NCBI GenBank assembly: GCA_946965045.2
Contig: OX337233.1
Coordinates: 2,108,001 to 2,172,000 of the forward strand
DNA length: 64,000 nt
Origin: Epithemia pelagica
Taxonomy: Eukaryota; Protista; Bacillariophyta
Reading direction: 5' to 3'
Shown: positions 1 to 12,344 of the stretch, in pieces
Position numbering within the stretch: the first letter of the stretch is position 1
How the letters are laid out: every line of letters starts with the position of its first letter
Position numbers and translations under genes: made by a program
The notes under the pieces: model-generated
What the model was told of the DNA's origin: nothing
Database searches by the model: none
Seen by the model: only the letters and a program-made list of their open reading frames with translations

Positions 1-444
1 GAGTGGAAGAAGGAGTGGACGCCGTAAACGAGAGCACCTTATCGAATCTTGACACTCTTACTGGATGGTGAAACAACAATAAACAAAGACAAAGACAAAT
101 GGATCGATGCAGGCAAAAGACAGGATGGTGAACGAGGATGGATGGACGAAACGATTGCCTACGAGTATGACATATACAAGTATGTACAAAGCTAACTAGT
201 ACATGCTCTCACTCAATTAGTCATGTTCATACAAGTAGAGGAGGCGGGTTGATTGCTGTTGTGTTAGAGCCTCCTCGCCATGGTGTGTGTGAGGATAGTT
301 TGCATATCTTGAGATTGAGCATCTCATTGATCGGTCGGTCCATGTGAGGGATGAGGGGCAATTCATCTTAGTTTTTTACTTCGGGAAAATGTATAAAGTG
401 AATCTCGTTGGGCCGAAATTCCCTCTAAAGTTGAAAGTTTATCC

Positions 445-483
445 GAAAGTCTGTCATGAAAGTCTGTCATGAAAGTCTGTCAT
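445..483. repeat. Perfect tandem repeat, 3 x 13 bp (GAAAGTCTGTCAT)
   Basis: Units at 445-457, 458-470 and 471-483, about 80 bp upstream of the ATG at 563. Confidence 0.9.
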
Positions 484-562
484 TTCACTCCCCTCACGAA
501 TTAAAGCATATCTTTCGACTCGAGGTTCGAAGTGTCAAAGTGCAAGAAGACAATCGGCAACC

Positions 563-3500
563 ATGGGTAATGCTTCTGTCTCTGAACTTAATGGTACCAT
601 GCAAGAAGAATCCTCGGGAACCCCAAACGACCGTGATGGAGAAAGTATGGCTACGAAAACCACAACCGCTGCAGCTATGGAGCATGCTTCGTTCTCATCA
701 AATACTGGGGCGACCGAGAAGTCGGAAGCTCTCAATGGCGAGGCAATGGGGGAAAATGCGGGAGGACCATTAATCACGAAAAATGGCTCTCAGTCCATCG
801 ATAATGTTACCGTGGACGACAAGGTAGAAACAATGGCAACAGCAGAAGATGTTGTCACTGAAAAATCCCAGGACAAAGCCCCCGAATCTTCTTATCCAAC
901 GGAAGCACAGACTGAATCCAACAGTGCAATGGAATTGGATAAAGGAGAGCACTTGGTAAAATCGTCTGAAGAAAATTCCAATGGAAAGGCATTCAGTAGT
1001 GGCACTGAGGGGGGAACCGCAGATCAATCGGCTTCTCAAGATCCAACGGATACTCGTTGCAAGTCTTACGATCCACAAAAGATGGAAGTGCATGCGGAAC
1101 AAAACCCAGGACCATCGTGTGAAGGCATACTCAATGGAGAACCGGGTGTTATTGCAGATCAAGAAAAGAAGTCAGACGAGTCTTCGTCGCAAAATCCATC
1201 CCAGGACGGGAAGTACGAAGTGAATAACAATCAGTCGAAGGATCTTCCATCCAATGAAGCGATGGATATCGACGAGACAGAACTGAAAGAAAAGACTCCA
1301 AATTCGCCGGAAGATAAAGGATCACCTCGCACTTCTGGTGACAACGGTGGCTCAGAGAATCAGGCGAATTCAGGTGACGCCGACTGCAATCCTACCATGA
1401 AGTATCCCGTTTTCACAGTCGTGTACAAGGTCAGTAGTCTTGGTTTTCTGCCTATCTCTGTATTGCTCCGATAGGTCTTGTTAATCGTTTGGTTTTGATA
1501 CAGGCCTTTGGTGATGAACACTATTTTGGCTTCGTGGAAACTATTTTAGATGAAGAAAAATGGTATAGCGTTCGGTATGAAGACAATGATGTTGAAGATC
1601 TCGACGAAGATGAGATGGATAAGATTGCGGTGACGTTTGAAGAGGGGGAAATTGCACTCATCTCGCCTCTTGATGAAGAAAACACGAAAACCAGACTAGT
1701 TGACCGTTTGACCAAAGGGACAGCGGACATTGTCAACTATGACAAACGCTTCAAGAATTTGAATTACGATTCTTTGGCTCGATACATTGAAAAACGTAAA
1801 GCGCAAGAGCTTGGGGCTCAAGAACAGGACGCAGAGCCCGAAAAGCACGAAAGCGAGGCTTGGTCCCCTGCGTGGGAACTCGGGGATGTAGTTTGTAAGG
1901 TACGTGGGTCATGTGGTTTGGAGCAGCATTGACGAAAGCTGGAGTTCTCTGATTGCTTCGATTTTCTTTCTATCAGTTTTTCCCTCCCAACTGGTTCTTT
2001 GGTTACATAGGTAGGATCGATAGGTCCGAAAAGCTGTATGGGATACTCTATCAGGACGGAGACAAGGAAGAACTCTTGGAAAAAGATGTAACCGACATAT
2101 TGGTCAGGACAGACAACGGTATTGTTGTCACGACATCTCAGAAACCAGAAGAGGTGTCGGCGGAGGAATGGAAGAAAGAGGTAATGCTTAACGATTCAGC
2201 ACAGGAAACCTTCTCGATTCTGTCGGACGAAATGTATAGTCATCTTGACCGCGATTTTCTTCGCAGGTTCCTCCGGAACAAAGAGGGAGAATCGGGACGA
2301 AGAAAAAGCCGGCGACGCACAACCTCAGTATCACCTCAACGACCAAAAAATCGGCGCCGGCAAAGTGCAACCTCGCTTTCACCCAAACCATCGAAACGAA
2401 CGAGAATTCCTCCCCCAGCCTTTCGTCGAACAAGTTACATGCCAATCACAAAGTCGTTTTTTGACAAGACTGGGAAAATCAATCAACAAGTTTGTGAGTT
2501 TTTCAAGTTTATGCACGAGCGACAATCCATGTGGGTGCGGATCAACGGCAATAATCTCCTTCCTGGGGCACCGGGAAGTGGGCGAGAATATGTCACTACT
2601 CATGACGAAGTTTTGTCAACATACAGCTTTTGCAATGTTTACCGAGAACTTGATCGGGGAACGGCTTATTTTCATGCCCACATCTTGAAGCTGAGAGAAG
2701 GCAAAAAAGAATGGACCGATCTTGAATGGTTAGAACAGGTGCTTTGGGCTGCGCTTGTGTACCGGCCCTTGAACAAAATTGAAACATTCTCCGAGATTGG
2801 AGTTCCAACAATCGAGGAGGCGGACGCATTCGTCGAGAGAGCAGAGACATATAAGCAGAGTGGAAGAACATTTTTTACGAGTGCGCACCAAACAGGGCCG
2901 TTTCAAAATTACTTGCAACATGTCAAATCTTTATCGCAAGAGAACAGAATACACGACAAGGCGGTCGAACTCATTGAAGCTCGGGATACTATGCATTGCA
3001 TAAATATCCTGAAATCAATTCAATCGATTGGTTCCTTCTTTGCGTGGCAGATCTATTGCGATTTACGCGAATCCGGTTGCCTTGTTCAACATAGAGATGA
3101 TCAGTTTTGCTGTTTGGGCCCAGGGGCGATAAGTAAGTTCTTTCTATATGGGAAGGGCTCATCCATGAGATTTTAACATGACTCATATCTTATTTCATGG
3201 CATTTACAGAAGGTCTTGATATTATTTTTCCAGGGGCAACGGACTACATGGAAGCGGCAAGTTCCATAGTTGAACATCAAATTGAGGCATTTGCTCAAGA
3301 GAACTTGAATTTCCCGTTTTGGAATGGGCGGAAGTTGACGATCAAAGAGATTGAACATAGCCTGTGCGAGTATTCCAAGTATACCGCATGCAAAAAGAGC
3401 AAAATGACACACTTCCGTTATTACGAGACACGTTCTTATCTCGACAACGAGAAGCCTTGTCATATCTGCAAAGAAGAAAAAGAAGACGGGCAGTTGTGTG

Positions 3501-3928
3501 AAACTTGTCTCTGTTTCTATTGCACAGATTGTGTTCCCGTCGTATCTTCTTCGATCTCATGGATATGCAGCCGCTGTGTTGCTTTTGATGCTCAGTTTTG
3601 TGCTCCCATGGCAACTCTATCGTCCAACGACCAAATGACAGTGGGTGGAGAAGTCAAAATGGCATCATGCGTCGACGCTAACACAGAGCTTCAACCTACA
3701 CTGTCCCATGCGTCCGGCGATAGCCAGCCCCTTGGTGAAGAGGACCCTGTCATCTTGGATGTCACAGAAAATGAAGAGGAATTGGCTCCAAAATCTCGTG
3801 AAAAGAAGAATCCTACGGACGATATCAGCGCCAGCATTTCAAAGACCGAAACGGAAAGCAAATCCCTTCTAATGGGAAATTATGGCATCGGAAATGCTGG
3901 TGACGAAGAGATCGACGCATGCGTTTAA
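563..3928 (+). CDS. Four-exon chromatin protein: acidic disordered N-terminus, 2 Tudor-like domains, basic region, aGPT-Pplase1 (5-hmdU DNA kinase helical-domain family) domain, PHD/ADD-like finger
   Basis: Exons 563-1429, 1504-1899, 1977-3132 and 3210-3928, joined by GT-AG introns of 74, 77 and 77 nt that keep the frame (VYK|AFG, VCK|FFP, GAI-K|GL). Motifs: FFKFMHERQ, DEVLSTYSFCNVYRELDRGT, YRPLNKIETF, GSFFAWQIYCDL, GPGAIKGL, EHSLCEYSKY. Tudor-like: YSVRYEDNDVEDL, YGILYQDGDKEEL. Finger: CHIC-CETC-FYCTDC-WICSRC. Confidence 0.8.
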
Positions 3929-4383
3929 ACTATGAGACGCAAATCATTATTATCATGTTGGGGGAAACCTTTCTCGGAGCCGTTTGTTTCCGTGATAGAA
4001 AACTAGTAGTTGAACGAACTGTGAAATGAAACGTACCGCTTCCACAGCGAAGCATTTGTAATCTTAGTCAGAAATGGTTACGCAATGTGGTTTGGAGGTT
4101 CAATTATGTTGAATAGTTGCTCCACTAGACTACCCTTCTCCTCTAGAGGACCTCTTTTAGGCAACGAGAGTTCGTAGGTAGTCGGAAGACCTGGGTCATC
4201 GACCGATGTGCGACCGCCATTAATCGGATTTATGTCCCCCCTCATCTTCTCTCCTCACTCTGTGTCCCTGCTTTTATCCAAAAAAGACTCTCTCGGTCGT
4301 GGGATCACACCGGTGCAAGAGCGTCATTGAGAGCCGACACCATTGGTACAGTGGACTGACGGCCGTTGAGAGAACGAGGTAGA

Positions 4384-5894
4384 ATGATGTCCCCAACGAA
4401 TGGACACGGAGATGATGACAAGGGCCCTCGTATCAACGATACGAATGCCAACGAAATGTTAGCCATGGAAATGGAATCCTTACACCCTGGATCCACAACT
4501 GTCCGGAAGCAACAAACAAAACAGGCCCATGTTTTATCCCAACTATGGATATTGATTAAACTCCACATTGAGAGTTATCCAAAGATATTTTCCGTCGTGG
4601 GCTTGGTTGGACTGGCCCTCTTTATGTACATTGTCGTGGAGTGGAGCAAACCACCACTCGCTCGGCACAAGTTTACGGAAGATTATTCCACCGTTCAAGC
4701 GGATTATGATTTCAAAGCAACCCAAATTGATAAGTGGTGCCTTTTTGTAAGTTACCGCCAGCTTCATTTCAATGTAGAGTTTTTTCTTTCGTTTCTGATA
4801 CTTCATCTGTCAACCGGATTGCTCGCATCGGAACTTTCTTCGTTCCATTTCTTGCCTCAAACCAGGGTAACGACGACGCATGTTCTTGTGAAGACTTTTC
4901 AGAACCGATATCGAGAGAAGAGATTCCGGGGTGGATGGCGTCTCATGAAGCCAATAAAGCACGCTTTAAACCTGGTGTTGAATATGATGTTGTTTTTCTG
5001 GGGGACGATGTGATCGAAGAAATGAACGGAACCTGGCTCAACCGTCCAGCTCCATCAGGGTCTACGATTGCGGATGATTTTAAGAAAGTATTTAGTAGTG
5101 ACCTAGGTGGAGATCTCGAGGGAGTGGCCCTCGGTATTGTGGGTGATTCGGTACGTTTAGCTCTTTCGACACATTAACGAAATTCCACCCGGTGCCTCTC
5201 ACATCGAACATTTTGGCTCATTTGATCATGGCTAAAGAGTGCTAACTTGCTTTGGCGTATCAATCATGGAGAGGTCCCAGACGATGTAACTGCAAAAGTT
5301 TGGTGGATTTCCATTGGTTCCAACGATTTTGCTCGTGGAGGGTGTTCCGAGGAGGCCACAGTTCTTGGAATTTTGCACGTTGCAGAGACTATTGCAGGTC
5401 GCTTTCCAGAGGATCGAGTGGTAATTCAAGGAATACTACCACGTTCCATGAATGGTGATGGGTACCTATCACCTGTGTATACGAGCTCTTCGGGTGGGAA
5501 GCATTTCTTCGGCAAGCGCCAGAAGGACAGCTTCTATGCAGATGAGGCACGAAAGAACCAGCAACTGTGGCCCTCAATTCAACACGTCAACCGCGAGTTG
5601 ATGGAGTTCTGCAAAAAACATGCCACAATCGTGTATGTGGATGTGAACGCTTTGTTTGTCGGCAGTGTGGCCAATGCCCTGTACAAGAGCAAATCAGTAC
5701 AGATTGTATCAGAGCTCATGCCTCGGTACGATGGGCGATTGAGCCTTCAAGGACACAAAAAACTACATAAGGTCATACTTGACGAACTTTATGAAATCAT
5801 TGAGGAGGAAAATGATGCCAACGATGTTGTGGATAAAGATGGCAACGATATGGTCAACCAAGACACGAATGAGATTGACGAGGGAGCAACATAA
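4384..5894 (+). CDS. Type II membrane SGNH/GDSL-fold protein (PAF-acetylhydrolase-Ib-like), probably catalytically degenerate
   Basis: Predicted exons 4384-4746, 4866-5150 and 5238-5894. TM segment IFSVVGLVGLALFMYIVV. Blocks VVFLGDD, GIVGDS-SANLLWRI, ISIGSNDF, VIQGILPR. Confidence 0.7.
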
Positions 5895-6116
5895 TGAGAA
5901 TTTCTTTCTCAGACTTATGCAAATTTTATTGTGATGAGATATGTTGCTTGGCACGCTTCGACAAAAAATGCAAGAAATAACGAGAAAATGGAACTTAACA
6001 AACCCCATTGGATGTCCGATAACGATCTAGGCAAGAAAATGACCGATAGGCCAAATGAAGGCAAGGAAGGGCAACCACATACTCAGTAGATCAAGTATTT
6101 CTGGTTTGGTTACATA

Positions 6117-6844
6117 TTACACATCTTTGTATTCCGGATACCTGGCCTTGAAAGTCTCTTCCGTTACGTTGCTAACGGGCTTTTCGTTCTCATCCCAGTT
6201 TTTCTTGTTCATCTCGCAATACTGACCATATCCAATTCCTGTCATTAAGATGCCCAGAGCTGCGCCAACTGCGCAAGCGTAATCAATACGTCGAGTCAAA
6301 CCTCCAATCATGGTGCCCGCTACAAGTCCACCAGCTCCATTGTTCCACCAGGGGTTCTCTTTACCTTCAACTCCACGGATAGTTTCCGTAATAAGTTCCA
6401 CACCAGCGTACGTTGCTGATATTCCTGCGCAAACTGCCATGGGACGCATGAAAAAACGAAAAGTCCAACTCCAATTCTCAATACGTTCAACATGGGGCAC
6501 CACCACGCCCTTGTGGCCAAACAAATACATATCTTGGTAGAAATAAAGGTAAGCTCCCGCATAGGCCGCTCCATAAATAGCTCCTTGCGACTGGATGGTG
6601 AATGAAGGGATCTGCGGTGAGGAATCCATCAGTGTATCCACAAGGCACTACTAAACCATGCACTCACCGCAGCCGACCCAACGCGTACAAAGGGTGTCTG
6701 ACTGAATCGATCTATGCCACTCCACAAAGTAAGACGAAGATGTGGATCAGGCTCTTTGTTGAAGGGATCTCCAGGCACTCGTTGAACAGGCCTGTCAACC
6801 GACTGAGCTCTCATTACATCGATATCATCGCCGGGTTTCGCCAT
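6117..6844 (-). CDS. Tim17/Tim22-family membrane protein, NDUFA11 (complex I B14.7)-like
   Basis: Exons 6844-6668 and 6590-6117 with a 77-nt GTGAGT...CCAG intron. Glycine-rich TM helices (GAIYGAAYAG, AGISATYAGVE, NNGAGGLVAGTMIGG). Confidence 0.65.
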
Positions 6845-8699
6845 GGTTGATGTCTTCTGATCGGTGTCCCCGATCTCTGATCTCCCATGCGTGTGCGAGT
6901 ACTGATGGTTACAGTGTTGCAGTCTGTACAATCTCTCGCTATCCCTCGGTATCAGTGTCCACTGCTTAGCTGTTTTTTGTCTGTGCCACCTTCACAGGTT
7001 CCCAAGTGGACACAGCCAGCATTTTATGTTTTTCGTCTGTCTGTCTACCCAATAAAATTCCTCAGGGTTGGAGCAAGGCCAGCGTGCATGTGACAGTTGA
7101 CGGTTGGTGGTTGTCCTCTGGTCACCACGATTCAAATTTTTTGGGCAACCCTCCCGTCCTCGTCTGTCACAAAACACCAAAAACCGAGCCAAATGCTTGA
7201 CCATGACGTGAGGTGAGAACAATGGATGCAACATGCTGGGCTGAACCTGAACTGCTTCTCACTTCTCACTACTGTGGCTTATTTCTAATCTTCTTGTTTC
7301 TTTTTCTTTCTTCTCACTCATCACTGCTGCAATCTTTCCTCTTGTTCATGCATGATCCTTTGGCTTGTCTCTTGTTGAACGAGTAGACTAGGAACAAGCC
7401 GCTTGATGTCAACTGGAGTATCTTACCCGTCTCATTTGTTGATGTAGGAGTAATTGTTTTGTTGTTTGATTGTTGGTTGGTTGCTTTCATGTCTTCTGTA
7501 GGATAGATGATTCACTATCGTCACAGGTTGTAGCATCATCTCATTTCTCAATGACCGAACACTTTGTTGTTTTTGCTTCAAATAGATGGGAAGCCCTCTT
7601 GCTCTTGCCACACCCTACTTTCCATGTCTATCAGTTCATAGAGTCAAAAGATGTAGCTGTAGCGTGTGAGAGCTGCTTGTGTTCATGGTGAAACTGAGAG
7701 TCATTGCCATGCTCAAAACAGAAAAGAGATCTGCAACGAATTCAGAATGCACTGAACTCTACGAATGAATAGCACTTGAGTTCTATTTCTACTCCTAGTA
7801 TATAAAGAAAACAATGTCTGCAGTCTGTTTATGAATCGAATGAAAGTTATCAAAAATCCGTCATTTCGACATGTAGAATGGCACGTAATGAGCTACCCAG
7901 AGACACAACAGATGATCGCCTCTCTTCCCATGAGCAGAGCAAACAAAAGTGACAAGTGTCAGTGATCAGTGAGCATGAGCTATGTAATTGTCATGGCAAT
8001 TGGCAACGGATCACACTCACCTGGAATGCCATTCGTACGACGTGCTTCGGCAACAAGAGAAAAGAATTGTGTGCTTGTCATTATGAATTATGGAGCAACC
8101 AGCAGTTATCCACGCACGGCCGCTTGCTGGGCATGCGTCTGTTTCAAACTGTGAAAACTCCAGCTGGGTATGCGTGCCAATTTGCCATTTGATCATTTCT
8201 ATTTGTCTCAAAAGCAAAAAATGATGTCTGTGTCCACCTGGGAACCTAAAATGATGGCACAGACAAAAAACAGCTAAGCAGTGGACACTGATACCGAGGG
8301 TTCATTTGGATAGTTTGACGATGGGTCGTTAATCGTTTACATGACATGTGTTTGCAACCACCGCTGGGGCACAGATTCCGGTTTCAATGGATGTTGATGG
8401 ATAGTCCACATAGCTGCCGTACCTCCATTACTAGCTAGGAGTAGAGAGGAGTAGGAGTACTCCTAGTAGAAGTAATACATTGGTAATGCGATAGATACAA
8501 TGTCGGAGGCTCCCATGTAGTTTTTTTCTGGTACATTGCTTTGATCGCTTTCGGTATCGGGGGTTGCGGCCTGTAAACCTGCGTCAAGGTGCTTAACGTC
8601 AGGCTATGCGAGCAATAAACATGTTTCAGAAACATCTAAGACACAACGTAGATACGAAATTACAAATTACGCTGTTTCCAATACTTTTGGGATAGGGAG

Positions 8700-10040
8700 T
8701 TAGTCTATTCTCAAAGACTGTAATGCCTCAATGTAGGCCTTGTCAATACTCTCGCTGTCGATAATATCTCCATTTAAACCTGAAGTATCGTCCTCCAGCC
8801 ATGAGGAACCTGTCACGATTGGATCAAAGACACGATGTGGCTTGTACGGCGGTACCTTGCTGTTCCAAAAGGCTTTATCTACAGGTCGACTGTATTCGTC
8901 CCAGGGGATGACAACCAATATATCGCGCAAACTCCGTTCCACAACATCCAAACAAAACAAAGCTTCGTATGGCTCCAAGACTCCTACCAACGAATCAAGT
9001 TCATCGAGAGCCTCTTGGGCATCGGCCAAGGCATTGCATTGACCGGCTCCCCCTCTCCACGCACAGGAGCCCCAATCAAAGCCCACAGCCTCATCAATGG
9101 ATCGTAATCGACTGGCCGCTAATTCTAAATTGGACCATGGTGCGGAGGACAAGGTACTTTGAACGGCTTCCCATTGGTAGCTTTGTACCTTATCCTTGAG
9201 TGTGAACAATAGCGAGTCCAAACATTCACACAGGGTATGAATGGCATCTGCAAGATCAACTTTAGATGCCTCTGACATGACGGACACATCAACTTTATGA
9301 TCGGTTCGCCATTGCGGTACACGAATGGAACGGTGATAGAGCAGGACTTCGTTGTAGGAAGGACGAGGAGGCAGTTGCAGTTGCAGTTGCTGTGACTCTG
9401 GAAGATGTTTCTTCTTGGCGTTCGATTCAGCCAAGATGGGGGACTTACCCTCCATCAGCAGCCGATCTTCTCGTCCAAACCCCATACCTCGCACTGTGAC
9501 TTGGCCCCATCCATTCCACAATGCTTGTCCTGGACCAGAGTCCGCTTCTCCTTCCCTTTTTTGATCCTGTTCTAGCTGCATGACCATGGTGCGTGTCTGC
9601 CTCGAAGGTAAGACCATATCACATTGTGTTTCTTCCCATGCGATAAGCATCAGAGCCAAAAGAAACGAGTGTAAGGCAAATCGAATAACGGATACAAGAG
9701 AGTTTGTCGAAAGCCACTTTTCGGCCGAGGATGGAGAAGATGATGACGACAATGGAGATGGAAGGTCATGAATGCGGACTTGACCCTCAGATTCAGGGAA
9801 TGTCTTGCTGCTTTCCAATCGACCTTGTCGATAGTTTCCGGTAGCATCAAAAATTCGTATCCGCGTCAGGGTCGACCTTGTGCCACAGCAAAAACCAGAA
9901 ATGCCCCTCCTGGACTGGTGGTGCTTCCATGATGAATGGCCGTGAGAAAATGACCCGAGACAATACTTGAGCTGGAAATATAACACAACGATAATAATGC
10001 CTGACACAAGACTTTTCGTAGATGTTCCCGTTTGGTTCAT
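8700..10040 (-). CDS. Hypothetical protein with an N-terminal signal/transit-like segment (possibly plastid)
   Basis: Uninterrupted 446-aa ATG ORF with a hydrophobic N-terminus. Conserved-looking C-terminal block GFDWGSCAWR...ALADAQEALDEL. No family assigned. Confidence 0.6.
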   Translation of the reverse strand: MNQTGTSTKSLVSGIIIVVLYFQLKYCLGSFSHGHSSWKHHQSRRGISGFCCGTRSTLTRIRIFDATGNYRQGRLESSKTFPESEGQVRIHDLPSPLSSSSSPSSAEKWLSTNSLVSVIRFALHSFLLALMLIAWEETQCDMVLPSRQTRTMVMQLEQDQKREGEADSGPGQALWNGWGQVTVRGMGFGREDRLLMEGKSPILAESNAKKKHLPESQQLQLQLPPRPSYNEVLLYHRSIRVPQWRTDHKVDVSVMSEASKVDLADAIHTLCECLDSLLFTLKDKVQSYQWEAVQSTLSSAPWSNLELAASRLRSIDEAVGFDWGSCAWRGGAGQCNALADAQEALDELDSLVGVLEPYEALFCLDVVERSLRDILVVIPWDEYSRPVDKAFWNSKVPPYKPHRVFDPIVTGSSWLEDDTSGLNGDIIDSESIDKAYIEALQSLRID

Positions 10041-10371
10041 GGTGATGAATAAGGTTCTCCGAGAGCACTATGAGATCTGATAAGATCTTTGTGACATCAC
10101 TCTGATGCGTGATTGACATGCCGGAGTCACGAATACTCAGCTTGAACATTTGCTTTTTCCAGAACTTTTATAAGAATTCGTTCTTGAAAAGAGAGAACTT
10201 CCAAACGTACAGAACCGATGGGAAAAGAAGAAGATACGTGGCGGGACAGAATCTCCATTCGGATTTGTGATCACATGGTCGACTTCGAAGTCAATCAACT
10301 TCTTGCTGTCATTTGTACGACGAAACAGATTCTTTCGACCCATTTGAATACATCCTTCCATCTATTGAAAT

Positions 10372-11310
10372 ATGAGGGGCACTTATTTGCTGATAGTGGC
10401 GTTTTGGTGGAGCTTGAGCTACGGTTTCAGGACTATTCTTGCTTTCAACAACGTCGTGCCTCAACTCACCATGCCTCATTCATTTTCCGATTCTCGTCAC
10501 ATGAAATTTCCAAAGGTCCATTTCTCTTTGCGGTCACAAATGGATGCTGACAACGAGGAGACCGAAACTGATGGCTATATGGTGGCGAAAAGGGAAAATA
10601 CCATTCCCATGAAACGGTTGTTGCTTCTCTTGTCGGAAACACCTCCAAACCAAGCCACTCCAAAGCCGCTGACCGAGCAAATTCTGACACAAGTTCGGGT
10701 GTTGGAAAAGTCTTGTCCCACAGAGTCCAGTCAAGTCATACGTAAGCTAGCCGGGACGTGGGAACTTGTGTGGACATCTCAGGATGACTCGACGAAGGAA
10801 GCCAATCGAGGACCTTTCTCCTGGATCAATCCACTCGAAAATCAATCCTATTCCATCAACAACAGCAAAAACATTATGGGCCAGTCCAACCCAGTTTTAC
10901 CCCTTGTAATTCAGCAAGGCCTGGAAGCGGCAGGTGTTTTGGACACTCCAACCACGAGCAGTGCATCGTCGCGACCTCGGAGTTTGAATCGTCCAGTCAG
11001 CACACAATCGATTGATCTCAAGAAGCAACTGGCCACCAATGTGGTGTCACTCCGTGTTTGGGACAAGTTTACCATGTCCTTGGCTGTCAAGATTGGTATT
11101 CGCCCCAATGCGAACGATGCACGGCGTATTGATGTCCAGTTTTTGAGTTGTCGGGTCAATGTTCCATCGGCCAATGTGGACTGGGACATACCCCTCGGAT
11201 TTGGCCTGGAGGGATGGTTGCGAACCACATACATTGATGACACTCTCCGAATCACACGAGGACACAAGGGATCGGTCTTTGTCTTGACCAGACCCGGACG
11301 CTTGACATGA
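10372..11310 (+). CDS. Plastid lipid-associated protein / fibrillin (PAP_fibrillin)
   Basis: Signal peptide ending SYG-F, LAGTWELVWTS, and C-terminal GWLRTTYIDDTLRITRGHKGSVFVL. Confidence 0.85.
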   Translation: MRGTYLLIVAFWWSLSYGFRTILAFNNVVPQLTMPHSFSDSRHMKFPKVHFSLRSQMDADNEETETDGYMVAKRENTIPMKRLLLLLSETPPNQATPKPLTEQILTQVRVLEKSCPTESSQVIRKLAGTWELVWTSQDDSTKEANRGPFSWINPLENQSYSINNSKNIMGQSNPVLPLVIQQGLEAAGVLDTPTTSSASSRPRSLNRPVSTQSIDLKKQLATNVVSLRVWDKFTMSLAVKIGIRPNANDARRIDVQFLSCRVNVPSANVDWDIPLGFGLEGWLRTTYIDDTLRITRGHKGSVFVLTRPGRLT

Positions 11311-11333
11311 AAAACCCGTTCATGACGGAACCA

Positions 11334-11825
11334 CTATACTTTCTGTTGATCATTCTCTTTCCCCTCATCCTTCAATACATGTACAAGACAATCGACGACT
11401 GACCTGTCACAGTCAGTCATTCCTTTCATTGATTTCTCCTGCATGTATTTTGCACAAATTTCTGCGTTCCCTTTGGGGCGCTTCCATGTACAAAAATCAC
11501 TACGACCTACAACGTAAGATACTGAACCATCACAGTGAGGTATCCTCATCAGTAACAAGACATTTCTTTTCATCATTTCAATAGCCTGTTGAACCTTACT
11601 ACTGTTCCACCATATGTACAGATCGCCGGGTAGAAGTTGCCAAGTTTCGTCCTTGTCTGAGGTCCAATGTGGTTGATTGTTACACCCGACGTCGTCAATT
11701 GATTTCAAGGACGGACAATGGGGCAAGTCTATCCGTAGACAACATTGTTTCTTGCAGAAGCCGCAGTTTGCTGGCTTGAAACAGTCGTTCTCTGTGCAAG
11801 TTTCTTCGTTCAACAGCGCTATCAT
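11334..11825 (-). CDS. Small Cys-rich hypothetical protein (5' end uncertain)
   Basis: 163-aa ORF with clustered Cys (CFKPANCGFCKKQCC). No recognised family. Confidence 0.3.
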   Translation of the reverse strand: MIALLNEETCTENDCFKPANCGFCKKQCCLRIDLPHCPSLKSIDDVGCNNQPHWTSDKDETWQLLPGDLYIWWNSSKVQQAIEMMKRNVLLLMRIPHCDGSVSYVVGRSDFCTWKRPKGNAEICAKYMQEKSMKGMTDCDRSVVDCLVHVLKDEGKENDQQKV

Positions 11826-12344
11826 CGATTCCTGTAAGACATCAGTTGCTTGATCAAGAGCGATAGATCCCTATCCAGGTCGAGACACATTGGCGTGATC
11901 GTCACTTCACCAGTGTCAAGAATTGAGAGCTTCGGTGTGCTCATAGCTACGTGTATCCGTAATCCGTATTCGTTTTGGCAATATGGTACGGTTACATGTG
12001 ACCAAAAAGCATTCCCGTCGTCGAGAGGCGCCGAGGACGGCGTGCGAGCCGGCCGACATTGCTGGAAGCAAATGAATACGAGTAGGAGACGAAAGATTCA
12101 TTCTTCCTTTTTTCATTTCAAAAAGCCACTGTCAAAGCGAAAAGCAAGGAAGGTCGAAGCTCCATTGCTCCACTTTCATCTTGCTCTGTGCGATCAAACC
12201 AATCCCAGTACCTTTCACTTCTCTCTCCTCATGACGGCGTTGTAATCAAACGGTAGGAATTTAAAACCCGGTCGTCCATTCATGATTTCTTCTTTTCTTC
12301 CATCTCACCCGCATGGTTTGTGATTCCTGGAACGCAAAGGAATC

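Noticed and set aside
563-3928. Four separate ORFs (563, 1489, 1953, 3197) as independent genes
   Set aside because: They join in frame through canonical introns, and conserved motifs span the junctions.
6850-8690. Short ORFs in the long intergenic region
   Set aside because: No recognisable motifs, splice-consistent structure or repeats were found.
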